A stretch of DNA of 64,000 nt from a virus: positions 1 to 64,000 of IMG/VR virus record IMGVR_UViG_3300021963_000035; one strand, 5' to 3'. The translations under genes and the position numbers were made by a program. Below the pieces are notes generated by a model that was not told where the DNA came from, did not search any database, and saw nothing but the letters and a program-made list of their open reading frames with translations. Positions 1-9,170 of this stretch are shown here, piece after piece (within the stretch, counting starts at the first letter, position 1; every line of letters starts with the position of its first letter).

Positions 1-1
1 A

Positions 2-400
2 TTAACTGAAGATTTTGCAAATTATTTGTTAGAATGGCTGATGCCTCATCCAGAATATCACAAAGAGATCACATTCAGTGTTAGTGCTAAACTAAGTTGT
101 AGTGGTGAGGCGAAACACGAAGCTATCCGACCAGATATAGTTTGCGACTACGAAACATTAGGATATACATATCTTAAATTTGTAGTAGCCACAGAAGAAG
201 ATGCAGAAGAAGCAATTGAAACAGCAGAGATTTATAGAGCCGAAGGATTTACAGGACCAGTTTATCTTATGCCAGTTGGTGGTGTAGAATCTGTTTATAC
301 TCTTAACAATCGAAGAGTCGCTGAACTAGCAATGAAGAATGGTTTGCGCTATTCGGATCGTTTGCAGGTTCCGTTATTTAAAAATGAGTGGGGAACTTAA
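2..400 (+). CDS. queE: 7-carboxy-7-deazaguanine synthase QueE-like radical SAM protein, C-terminal part (5'-truncated by window edge)
   Basis: The frame is open from nt 2. The C-terminal motifs ITFSVSAKL, YLKFVV, VYLMPVGG and LRYSDRLQVPLFKNEWGT match the QueE/NrdG-like C-terminus. The CxxxCxxC motif would lie upstream of the window. Confidence 0.75.
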   Translation, partial: LTEDFANYLLEWLMPHPEYHKEITFSVSAKLSCSGEAKHEAIRPDIVCDYETLGYTYLKFVVATEEDAEEAIETAEIYRAEGFTGPVYLMPVGGVESVYTLNNRRVAELAMKNGLRYSDRLQVPLFKNEWGT

Positions 401-852
401 TGAAAAAGATTATTAAAAAAGTCTTAGGACTAGATAAATTAGAAGATTCTATTGCTAAAGCAGAAGCAGAATTAAAAGCTGCCAATGAAAGATTGGCTCA
501 GGCCGAACAAGCTGCCGCGGAAGCTAAAATTAAAGAAGAAGAAGCCAAACTTACTCCAAAAGAACGTGCCAGCAGAAAAGGCGAACCTTGGGTAGGTGTT
601 TTGGAAACTCACGTAAACAAAGAAAATCTTCGTAACGGTTTTTTTGAACTTGACTGGAATGATGAATTTATTGTACAATTGAGACAAGCAGGATACGGTT
701 ACGAGGGAGATCCTGATGAAGAAGTAGTCGATCGCTGGTTTAGAGCCCTTTGCGGAGATGTTGCAGGAACAGAAGGAATCAACATGGATCGTAGAGGCGC
801 AGGTTATATTAACGTACAAAAAATCGCTGAAGGCAAATCGCAAGTTTCATGA
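400..852 (+). CDS. conserved phage hypothetical protein with N-terminal coiled coil
   Basis: ORF track gives 388..852. The ATG at 400 overlapping the queE stop (TAATG) is the more plausible start. Confidence 0.75.
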   Translation: MKKIIKKVLGLDKLEDSIAKAEAELKAANERLAQAEQAAAEAKIKEEEAKLTPKERASRKGEPWVGVLETHVNKENLRNGFFELDWNDEFIVQLRQAGYGYEGDPDEEVVDRWFRALCGDVAGTEGINMDRRGAGYINVQKIAEGKSQVS

Positions 853-1835
853 CATATATTCTAGTAGATACTGCTAATACTTTTTTTAGAGCAAGGCACG
901 TTATCAACGGTGATACTGAAATAAAGCTAGGAATGGCTTTTCATATCACCCTTAATTCTATTAAAAAAGCCTGGAAGGACTTTAACGGTTCTCACGTTAT
1001 CTTTTGTCTCGAAGGACGCAGTTGGCGTAAGGACTATTATGCTCCTTATAAGCGTAATAGAGCAGATGCTAGAGCTATTCTTACTCCCGCAGAACAAGAA
1101 GAAGACAAATTGTTTTGGGAAGCATTTGACACGTTTAAAGAGTTTATCAGCGAAAAGACTAACTGTACTGTTCTTAGACACGAGCAGTTAGAAGCAGACG
1201 ATCTTATTGCAGGCTGGATCCAAAGTCATCCTAACGATGATCACGTTGTGATTTCTACTGATACAGATTTTGTTCAGTTAATTGCAACTAATGTAAAACA
1301 ATACAACGGTGTTACTGAAACTACAATTACACACGAAGGTTTCTTTGACGAAAAAGGCAAACCTGTAATCGACAAAAAAACTAAAGAACCAAAAGCAGCA
1401 CCAGATCCACAATGGTTGTTGTTTGAAAAATGTATGCGAGGCGATACTAGCGATAATGTCTTTAGTGCATTTCCTGGCGTTCGAACTAAAGGATCTAAAA
1501 ATAAAGTAGGTCTTATGGAAGCATATGAGGATCGCAACTCTAAAGGATTTAACTGGAACAATCTAATGCTACAACGTTGGGTAGACCATAACGGTCAAGA
1601 ACATCGTGTATTTGAAGATTACGAAAGAAATCGCAGATTGATTGATTTGTCTGCACAACCAGATGACATTAGAGAAATTATCAAGAACACTATCGACGAG
1701 GCGATTAAGAAAAATAAAAATATCGATCAAGTCGGAATAAGATTGATTAAATTTTGTAATATGTTTGATCTCAAAAAAATTGCAGATCAAGCACAAATAT
1801 ATGCAGAACCACTTAATGCGAGGTATACACAATGA
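849..1835 (+). CDS. rnh: T4-like RNase H / 5'-3' exonuclease (FEN-1 family)
   Basis: Motifs ILVDTAN, SWRKDYYAPYKRNR, LEADDLIA, ISTDTDFVQL and GDTSDNV are the conserved acidic active-site blocks of T4 RNase H and PolI 5' nucleases. Confidence 0.9.
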   Translation: MTYILVDTANTFFRARHVINGDTEIKLGMAFHITLNSIKKAWKDFNGSHVIFCLEGRSWRKDYYAPYKRNRADARAILTPAEQEEDKLFWEAFDTFKEFISEKTNCTVLRHEQLEADDLIAGWIQSHPNDDHVVISTDTDFVQLIATNVKQYNGVTETTITHEGFFDEKGKPVIDKKTKEPKAAPDPQWLLFEKCMRGDTSDNVFSAFPGVRTKGSKNKVGLMEAYEDRNSKGFNWNNLMLQRWVDHNGQEHRVFEDYERNRRLIDLSAQPDDIREIIKNTIDEAIKKNKNIDQVGIRLIKFCNMFDLKKIADQAQIYAEPLNARYTQ

Positions 1836-2308
1836 CTGAACTACATGCAAAACCAATAATTCCTAACAAATATTGGGTAGTAGAACAAAACGGTTTACGT
1901 TATGCTACTTTAAGAAAAAACGAAGACAACAGATTTGTTATGTCTAACGAAACAGGAATTGAAATTTTTGAAACTAAAGAAAGTTTAATTCGACAATACG
2001 GCAAAGGTTTCTTTATAGCAAAAATCTTAAAAGAAGCGGACGGTAGTCCTGTTAATGAAGTCCATGGCTATTCTACTAGTACCGAACCTCATAACTCAGT
2101 TTTTGATATCAAAAATAAACTTCCCTTATTCACTAAAAGTGAAGATAGTAAAAGTCTTTACTGTGCAGGATATTACATCATACGCTTTGATAAAGGTTGG
2201 GTCAAAAGTTTCTGTCCTAAACTAATTACATTGCAGAGATACGAATATCAAGGTCCTTTTAAGACCGAAAATGAAATGAAGCAGGCACTGTCAAATGCAT
2301 CAAAATAA
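1832..2308 (+). CDS. hypothetical protein
   Basis: 158-aa ORF, ATGA-coupled to rnh. Confidence 0.75.
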   Translation: MTELHAKPIIPNKYWVVEQNGLRYATLRKNEDNRFVMSNETGIEIFETKESLIRQYGKGFFIAKILKEADGSPVNEVHGYSTSTEPHNSVFDIKNKLPLFTKSEDSKSLYCAGYYIIRFDKGWVKSFCPKLITLQRYEYQGPFKTENEMKQALSNASK

Positions 2309-2543
2309 ATTACCAGATAGATTGGGCAGTGTTGAAAGATTGGCACAACGACTCAAATCTGCCGAAGCTTCGCAACAAAAAGAAATAAAGTTAACTATTC
2401 AAGAAGCACGTGAACTTGTAATGGATTTAGGTTTATTGACTGCCAAAATGGGTAATCATATTCAGGAAATACATGAGATGATTACCAAAATACAATTAAA
2501 CAACGAAACTATCGAAGTAAAATTCGATGGCGGAACATTTTAA
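2295..2543 (+). CDS. hypothetical protein
   Basis: 82-aa helical ORF overlapping the upstream gene. Confidence 0.7.
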   Translation: MHQNKLPDRLGSVERLAQRLKSAEASQQKEIKLTIQEARELVMDLGLLTAKMGNHIQEIHEMITKIQLNNETIEVKFDGGTF

Positions 2544-2546
2544 AGG

Positions 2547-2579
2547 ATAAATATATACGTACTTTTCTGGACGTATATA
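2547..2579 (+). promoter_or_regulatory. late-promoter-like ATAAATA overlapping the 5' arm of an RBS-sequestering hairpin
   Basis: ATAAATA at 2547-2553. The inverted repeat TATATACGT (2552-2560) / ACGTATATA (2571-2579) ends immediately before the ATG at 2580. Confidence 0.6.
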
Positions 2580-2867
2580 ATGAGCAGACCTAAACCTAAA
2601 GTTTTACTTGAGATAGCTAACAAGGAAACTTTTAAGATTGAACAAATTTTAGAAAGCGAAGCCATTTGGGCTGTTTTCTATAAGGGTCAACCATTCAACT
2701 TAAAGAGCGGAAGTTTGGTATCGAGTTACCCTGGACCTAAATATAAAAAAGTTTCTTTTAGCAATCCCGGACACGCACACAATCTTGCTAAAAAACTAAA
2801 TCGTCTATTTAAAACTACAGACTTTGATGTAGTTAAATTAACACAAGGCGAAATTCTTAAGAAATAA
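2580..2867 (+). CDS. conserved phage hypothetical protein (basic)
   Basis: 95-aa ORF MSRPKPKVLLE...YPGPKYKKVSFSNPGHA. Confidence 0.75.
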   Translation: MSRPKPKVLLEIANKETFKIEQILESEAIWAVFYKGQPFNLKSGSLVSSYPGPKYKKVSFSNPGHAHNLAKKLNRLFKTTDFDVVKLTQGEILKK

Positions 2868-2868
2868 A

Positions 2869-3255
2869 ATGGATCCAAAAGATAACTACACGTTATTATT
2901 TTTACGTGCAGCTAATCAAGATGAGAATAAAGATTTTATTTCTTCGAGATCCATTTGGTGGTATAACCAAAGAAACAAATCCGAAGGCGGTCTTAGATTA
3001 ACCGAACAAGGATATACTTTTGTAATCGAACAAGCACAGATCAAAGAATATGTTGTTCCATTTCCCAATGATCTAAAACTAACTCCACAAATACTCATTT
3101 GGCTTGACAAATTCATTGCTGGTCCGTATTATATTAATAAAAAATCTATAATAGTTTTTTCAGAAAAAGTAGCATTTGAACTGTACCTATTTTCTGGCGA
3201 TGTTCATAAAATGGGTGCTGCAAAAGCTCTCTCCAAACACATGGCTCAGGATTAA
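2869..3255 (+). CDS. hypothetical protein
   Basis: 128-aa ORF tightly packed in the operon. Confidence 0.75.
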   Translation: MDPKDNYTLLFLRAANQDENKDFISSRSIWWYNQRNKSEGGLRLTEQGYTFVIEQAQIKEYVVPFPNDLKLTPQILIWLDKFIAGPYYINKKSIIVFSEKVAFELYLFSGDVHKMGAAKALSKHMAQD

Positions 3256-3288
3256 CTGGGCATTCATATATCAAGTTTAAATAAGTTT

Positions 3289-3564
3289 ATGTTTAAAATC
3301 AATCCACTGAACATTTTAAAGAAAAGAAGGTTAAGCTTTGTTCCTCCTCATTTCTCAAAAATACAAATTCAAAATCACGATTTATTCTTTGATACTGATT
3401 TGATCAAATGGATTGATACGAAATTAAACGGTAGGTATACGATTGTAAATCTACCGTATGTTACCAGCGAAGGCAAAAGTCAAACAGGAACATTTGCTGC
3501 CTTTGAAGACCCAAGAGAGTTAACATACTTTATGTTAGCCTGCCCACATTTAAGGAGAAACTAA
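3289..3564 (+). CDS. hypothetical protein
   Basis: 91-aa ORF with TTAAATA at 3277-3283 just upstream. Confidence 0.7.
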   Translation: MFKINPLNILKKRRLSFVPPHFSKIQIQNHDLFFDTDLIKWIDTKLNGRYTIVNLPYVTSEGKSQTGTFAAFEDPRELTYFMLACPHLRRN

Positions 3565-3788
3565 TGACTGAAGAAGTTCAAAATCAAGCACAGACACCAC
3601 CTCAAGAGCAACCACAACAACCTCAAGAGCAAGGTGCAGATCTAAATATCAGCGATCTACAAGCGTTAAAAAATATCATTGATATCGCTAGCACCAGAGG
3701 TGCTTTTAAAGCACCAGAATTAGCAGCAGTAGGAGCGGTTTACAATAAGTTGACCAATTTTTTAAATACGGTCGCTAAAGGACAATAA
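3564..3788 (+). CDS. hypothetical protein (Gln/Pro-rich N-terminus)
   Basis: 74-aa ORF with AGGAG SD and TAATG coupling. Confidence 0.75.
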   Translation: MTEEVQNQAQTPPQEQPQQPQEQGADLNISDLQALKNIIDIASTRGAFKAPELAAVGAVYNKLTNFLNTVAKGQ

Positions 3789-3790
3789 TT

Positions 3791-4414
3791 ATGGCAATTC
3801 TAAAACACGTAGGTAAAATGAAAGCAAACGGAGCTAAAGTTCTAGTGGCTTTCAGAACTGTACCTGGAGATCCTTATTACGCTTTAGTTATAGGAACCGC
3901 CAATCTTTCTGATACATATCACAATGCTATCATTAGTCTAGTTGAAAGTCAACAAGCACAGGATTCTAATGAATTCGGAGATATTTTAAGTATCAGACAT
4001 TTTCCAGACGGACGCACTATGTTGAATGCTTTACACGTTGATGGAAAATTAATAAAAGTTCCAACTACCGACGTGATTATGACTCCGGATACTTCTAACA
4101 CTATTCCGTTAGATCAATTGAATACTTTGATTGCTGAACAGAAAGGTGTAGCAGTTGATGAGCTAGCCGGTCTTATTGGCCAAGATCCTAATACACAAAT
4201 ACAGAATGTAGGCGATGTAAAAGATCTATCTCCGCAACCTCAAACAACACCCAAGGAAGAAAGCGGTGTCTTAAGTGATAGAGATCTTGCTAAATCTTAT
4301 CGTAGTCAAGCAGATGCTATGTACAAAGAAGCTGCAAGATTACGCAAACAAGCAGACGAAATCGATCCTCCTGCTAAGAAGACAGCAAAGATAAAAGAAG
4401 AAACCAGTGCCTAA
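3791..4414 (+). CDS. hypothetical protein
   Basis: 207-aa ORF with AGGA SD. Confidence 0.8.
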   Translation: MAILKHVGKMKANGAKVLVAFRTVPGDPYYALVIGTANLSDTYHNAIISLVESQQAQDSNEFGDILSIRHFPDGRTMLNALHVDGKLIKVPTTDVIMTPDTSNTIPLDQLNTLIAEQKGVAVDELAGLIGQDPNTQIQNVGDVKDLSPQPQTTPKEESGVLSDRDLAKSYRSQADAMYKEAARLRKQADEIDPPAKKTAKIKEETSA

Positions 4415-4712
4415 AAAATTATTCAGACCGCCCAAAAATGTCATAAATGAGTGGCCTGAAATTTTTGAAGATATGTACATGAGTACTATGCCCCTCTATT
4501 ATACTAAGAAAATGCAAATTAAATTTGAAGACGGGCGCATCTGGGAAATCAACATAACAGATCTTTTAAAAGAAGTCCATTCGGATGAGTTAGCAGGAAA
4601 GTTGGTGGAAACGTTTAACGAATATCGAGACGAAATCAAAGGAATAGAATTCGATATCGATATCGCTAAACTGAAAAAAGATATTAAAAGATCTACTAAA
4701 AGAATCTTATAG
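4407..4712 (+). CDS. hypothetical protein
   Basis: 101-aa ORF with GTG start. Its TAG stop abuts the convergent ugd stop. Confidence 0.7.
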   Translation: MPKKLFRPPKNVINEWPEIFEDMYMSTMPLYYTKKMQIKFEDGRIWEINITDLLKEVHSDELAGKLVETFNEYRDEIKGIEFDIDIAKLKKDIKRSTKRIL

Positions 4713-5933
4713 TCTGGTATTTCCGTAATGTATAACTGTGTAATCTAGGTTATCTTTATTAAAAGTTCTCCAAGGGTCAACAATGATTGACCCTTTTTCT
4801 ATTTTGCAATAAAGACCTTGGCTTTCTTCAAAACCTCTATATTCATAAGTAACTCTACGATTATGTGCCAATAACACAACTCCGTAGCATCCATTTATAT
4901 CGTCACCTGTGAGAGGATCTATATAGGTAGGAGCATATCCTGCTTCTTGGCAAAAATGTCCTATAAGTAAACTATAACTACCGTCTATATAAGGAACATC
5001 AGGTTTATACGCCTTTCCATGTATAAAGATGCTCATAGAATTTTCTTTTGCTAGTCTTACTAATTCTAATGCTAGATTCTTTGCTTGTATTTCTCTCGCA
5101 TTCATTATTGCATCAAACAAGTCGTATCCGAGATCTAATTTTTGTGCTAGGTATCTCAATGCGATATTGTCTCTAGGATGGCAAGAGCCTCCGTCGCCCA
5201 TTCCTGCTTTCATGTATTGCGGGCCCATTATACGCATTGTACTTTTTGCCAATGCATCAGTCACTACATCGACATTGATATTTCCTTGCTTCACTGCAAC
5301 GTCTTGAATCATGTTCACAAGACCAATTTTAGTAGAAATAAAGGTATTGTAGAATACTTTGATACACTCACATTCGTCCCAGGTGCCTACTACATACCTG
5401 GGATTATTTTCCATTACAGTTTTATAAAAATCAATTAATTGTTTAGCATCTCCAGTTTCACTACCATCTTCTGTTCCTATCATAACCATTTCTGGATTAA
5501 TCATGTCCCAAGCTACACTGCCCATAGCGATTAGATACGGATTGTAAACAAATCGAGGATTTGTAATATAAGGAATAAAATGTTTTCGTACAGTTCCTGG
5601 TAACACTGTGCTTATCAACACTAACAATTGATCTTTCTTCATATGATAGTTTGCTTCGATAATTACATCTGTCACTATATCATATTGAAAATCTTTTGGT
5701 TCTAAATGTGCTGTTGGTGCTTTACCGTCATATAGAGGATCGTGTGGAGTAGGTACAGCTATGAATACTATGTCTTTATCTTTAACCGCTTCTTCTACTG
5801 TTTTACATATTTTTACCAACATAGTCGGATCCACTAGGCTAACATCATAGCCCGAGACCTTGTGGCCTTTCTTAGCAATTTCTTCTGCACAAGGTAACCC
5901 CAATTTACCCAGACCAATAAAACCAATACGCAT
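4707..5933 (-). CDS. ugd: UDP-glucose/GDP-mannose 6-dehydrogenase family protein
   Basis: Rossmann GFIGLGKLG, FIAVPTP, ISTVLPGT, IKVFYNTFISTKI, catalytic GDGGSCHPRD and GKAYKP motifs. Confidence 0.9.
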   Translation of the reverse strand: MRIGFIGLGKLGLPCAEEIAKKGHKVSGYDVSLVDPTMLVKICKTVEEAVKDKDIVFIAVPTPHDPLYDGKAPTAHLEPKDFQYDIVTDVIIEANYHMKKDQLLVLISTVLPGTVRKHFIPYITNPRFVYNPYLIAMGSVAWDMINPEMVMIGTEDGSETGDAKQLIDFYKTVMENNPRYVVGTWDECECIKVFYNTFISTKIGLVNMIQDVAVKQGNINVDVVTDALAKSTMRIMGPQYMKAGMGDGGSCHPRDNIALRYLAQKLDLGYDLFDAIMNAREIQAKNLALELVRLAKENSMSIFIHGKAYKPDVPYIDGSYSLLIGHFCQEAGYAPTYIDPLTGDDINGCYGVVLLAHNRRVTYEYRGFEESQGLYCKIEKGSIIVDPWRTFNKDNLDYTVIHYGNTRL

Positions 5934-5941
5934 AAAACCCC

Positions 5942-5970
5942 CAAATAAATAATAGCAGCATATTTATTTG
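5942..5970. promoter_or_regulatory. face-to-face pair of late-promoter-like ATAAATA motifs between divergent genes
   Basis: Perfect inverted repeat CAAATAAATA (5942-5951) / TATTTATTTG (5961-5970). Confidence 0.6.
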
Positions 5971-5999
5971 AAAAATATTTTATTTTATACAGGTCTGAA

Positions 6000-7241
6000 A
6001 TGGAGAAAATTACTAACTTTTTAACTGACAACGCCTATGTCCAAGATCCAAGAAGTTCCTGTCTCACAGTGTCATTGAACGATTTTTTAAATGATGATTT
6101 AAAAAACGATTTAAAGAATGTGTCATATGCCGATGTTCTAATCAAATATCCGAATTGGGAAAAGAATTCTGATTTTTTTAAATTTATAAACGAATCAACC
6201 CTAGACGAATTAAGGAATAATAAAAGATTTTTTCTTTTCTTTGATTGTACAACTGAAGGTTATTCCCCGTTGTTTGAATCTCCGTATTTTGATATACTAT
6301 ATTACAACTGTAAAAAATATAATATCTCACCAAATAAAATATTCTATGTATCATCAAACGCACAAGATTCAAAAAACATAAAAAATTTTAATAAAAAAAA
6401 TCAAATAACAGAATCAATTAATGTTTTTAGTTTTCCTGCATTTGAGCTTGCAACTAAAGATATCGTCATCGGAACTCCAAGACGTATGAATCTTGATGCT
6501 TACTTACAAACAACATTATCTAATGTGAACTCTCAATTCACCGGTGAGAAACTTTTTATCAGTCTAAGTCGAGTTAACAGAGATTATAGATCGCTAGCAC
6601 AGTATCTATTATCTCAGAGTGAATCGTCAAAATATGCCATAATTAGCCATGATATTTTTAGAGAAAATTTAGATTTTTTAGCAGACCGATGGAGGCATCA
6701 ATTTAAGGTACTAAGAGACGAGCCTAAAGAAAATATTAGATCCTGGTTAAAATCTTTACCTATAATTGCTGATACTAGAGATTTTCAAACTAATCACGCA
6801 TTAAACAGTAATAGTCATTTACATCATCAAACTCTGTTTCAAATAGTTAACGAAACAAAAGTCGAAGATTTGTATAGAACTACTCTTTTTTATAGTGAAA
6901 AAACATTCAAGCCCATAGCGCATTTTCAACCTTTTTTAATCTACGGTCAACAAGGTTGCAATAGAGGACTTCAAGAATTCGGTTACAAATTATATACAGA
7001 TTGGTTTGATTATAGTTTTGACGACGAAGTAGACCACGAATACAGATATGTTAAGCTACTTAAAGAAGTAGAAACAGCAGTTAACAAATTAAAAAATTTA
7101 TCTAAAAAAGAACAAATCCAGTGGAGATTTAAAAATTTAGAAATATTAAAACATAATTACACAGTATTAGAAAATAATGAATATACTAAAAAAGTTATTA
7201 ACCAAATCGGTCAAACAATCTCCACCTACATTAATCAATAA
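6000..7241 (+). CDS. putative glycosyltransferase-like protein (SEKTFKPI family)
   Basis: C-terminal IVNET...FYSEKTFKPIAHFQPFLIYG...GYKLYTDWFDYSFDD block recalls the GT10/GT-B donor-binding (YxTEK-like) motif. Paralogous to 8079..9170. Confidence 0.55.
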   Translation: MEKITNFLTDNAYVQDPRSSCLTVSLNDFLNDDLKNDLKNVSYADVLIKYPNWEKNSDFFKFINESTLDELRNNKRFFLFFDCTTEGYSPLFESPYFDILYYNCKKYNISPNKIFYVSSNAQDSKNIKNFNKKNQITESINVFSFPAFELATKDIVIGTPRRMNLDAYLQTTLSNVNSQFTGEKLFISLSRVNRDYRSLAQYLLSQSESSKYAIISHDIFRENLDFLADRWRHQFKVLRDEPKENIRSWLKSLPIIADTRDFQTNHALNSNSHLHHQTLFQIVNETKVEDLYRTTLFYSEKTFKPIAHFQPFLIYGQQGCNRGLQEFGYKLYTDWFDYSFDDEVDHEYRYVKLLKEVETAVNKLKNLSKKEQIQWRFKNLEILKHNYTVLENNEYTKKVINQIGQTISTYINQ

Positions 7242-8082
7242 ACCTGTCCAACGAATTTTTACATTCGGTTGCAGTTTTACGAAATATCATTGGATGACTT
7301 GGCCAGAGATAGTTGCTTACGAATTAAATGTTCCTCTTTTTAATTACGGAAAAAGCGGCGCAGGAAATCAATATATTGCAAACATGATCTGTCAGGCAGA
7401 TGCCATACATAAATTCAACGAAAACGATTTAGTAATGATTTGTTGGACAAATGTCTGCAGAGAAGATAGATATAAAAATCAGAGTTGGATTACACCTGGA
7501 AATATTTTTACACAAGGAATTTATAGTGAAGAATATGTTAAAGAGTGGGCAGATCCAGTTGGGTATATGTTAAGAGATATCTGCACAATAAAATTAAGTA
7601 TAAATTTTTTAGAAAATGTAAAATGTCAATTTCATATGTTCTCTATGTGTAACATTATAGATATCGTTGATCAAAGTCAAAACAACCTTCTAAAAAATTT
7701 ATTCTTTAAACAAAAAATAAAAGAGATGTACAAGAATGAATTAAATCAATTACATCCTGATTTTTTTAGTACGTTATGGAAGAATGATTTACAAGCTCAT
7801 AAATTTCCAAGAGACGAAAAACAAATTTCAAAATTTTTTAAAGATGGTCACCCCTCTCCCGAAGAACACCTTGAGTACTTACAACATATATTCCCTAATA
7901 GTTTTAGCGAAAAAACTGTAAACGCAGTAAACGAAAAACATTCTTTTTTTGTAAAACATTTAAAATTTCTTTCTTCTCATTATAATAGACCATTTACAGT
8001 ATACGAATTAGATCATCGAGAAAATAATTTGTTAGCTAAAGGTACTACACTAGTAGAATCACAAGAAACAACATTTATATGA
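7177..8082 (+). CDS. SGNH/GDSL-hydrolase-like protein (possible sugar O-acyl transferase/esterase)
   Basis: Block I FTFGCSFT, block II NYGKSGAGN and block V DGHPSPEEH. The start is uncertain (65-nt overlap). Confidence 0.6.
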   Translation: MNILKKLLTKSVKQSPPTLINKPVQRIFTFGCSFTKYHWMTWPEIVAYELNVPLFNYGKSGAGNQYIANMICQADAIHKFNENDLVMICWTNVCREDRYKNQSWITPGNIFTQGIYSEEYVKEWADPVGYMLRDICTIKLSINFLENVKCQFHMFSMCNIIDIVDQSQNNLLKNLFFKQKIKEMYKNELNQLHPDFFSTLWKNDLQAHKFPRDEKQISKFFKDGHPSPEEHLEYLQHIFPNSFSEKTVNAVNEKHSFFVKHLKFLSSHYNRPFTVYELDHRENNLLAKGTTLVESQETTFI

Positions 8083-9170
8083 AAATATTTAAAAGTTCAA
8101 ATTTAAATTTATTAATGAAAGATAATCACTTTCATTTTTTACCGTTTGAATTTGAAAATAAAAAATGGACTATTGTTGATAAAATATCAGATAGCGATGT
8201 AGTACCAGTATTGTTTACATACGGGGAAGAGTTAATAAAAAAAACAGTCAATGAAATGAAAGAGTTAGGGCATACCGATCAACCGGTAATAGTCCTAAAT
8301 TTATTTCATTTAATGGATAATGAAAATAATAAAATTGCTAACCGAACATATTTAGAACTTTGGAAGAAATACCTAAACTGTCCGGTTTTTATGATACACT
8401 CTAACTTAGACGAAACTTCTGAGGATTGTATTTTTAACGATATACTATGGAACAGACAAAAAGCATACTGTACCGAATATCAGATGTTTGATTTAAAAAA
8501 CAGAGCCTGGTCATTATATGCAACAAAGAAAATGTACAACATAGGACAGTTTGAAAAAAATGATCACTGTAAAATATTTCTATCTCCAATAAGGATATAC
8601 AGTGACTCTAATCATATTAGAATGACTTATCGAGCTAAGTTACTAAGTTTGATAAAAAACAAAAACGGTTATTATAGCGACAATACTAATGGAATGGTTT
8701 TAGAATCTGAGGAAGGTTTAAAGTTCAATAATAGACTATTGTCAGGTGGCGGAACTTGGTGGCCCGTTGCTAATAAATTTTACGAATCTTCTTATATCAG
8801 TATCTATGTAGAAACAATTCTAGAAAGAGATAAGCTGAGAAGTATAACTGAGAAAACCTGGGATCCTTTAATTAAAGGACATTTTATTCTACCTTTCGGA
8901 TATCAGGGACTAATAAAAGATATTGAGTCCTATGGTTTTAAATTACCCAACTGGATTGATTATTCTTACGACGATATCGAAGATATCGAAGACCGGTGGA
9001 ATCAGTACGAAAAAGAAGTTAATCGAATTTTATCTCTTAGAATGCAACAGCTTAATCTTTTATGGAAACAAGATTTAAATCTGTTAAAATATAATAGAGA
9101 TTTATTTTTTAAAAGAAAGTACGATAGTCTGTATGATAAAATTCTTTTAAAATTAAAAAACAGAACATAG
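8079..9170 (+). CDS. putative glycosyltransferase-like protein (TEKTWDPL family)
   Basis: ISIYVET...ITEKTWDPLIKGHFILPFG...GFKLPNWIDYSYDD, paralogous to 6000..7241. Confidence 0.55.
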   Translation: MKIFKSSNLNLLMKDNHFHFLPFEFENKKWTIVDKISDSDVVPVLFTYGEELIKKTVNEMKELGHTDQPVIVLNLFHLMDNENNKIANRTYLELWKKYLNCPVFMIHSNLDETSEDCIFNDILWNRQKAYCTEYQMFDLKNRAWSLYATKKMYNIGQFEKNDHCKIFLSPIRIYSDSNHIRMTYRAKLLSLIKNKNGYYSDNTNGMVLESEEGLKFNNRLLSGGGTWWPVANKFYESSYISIYVETILERDKLRSITEKTWDPLIKGHFILPFGYQGLIKDIESYGFKLPNWIDYSYDDIEDIEDRWNQYEKEVNRILSLRMQQLNLLWKQDLNLLKYNRDLFFKRKYDSLYDKILLKLKNRT

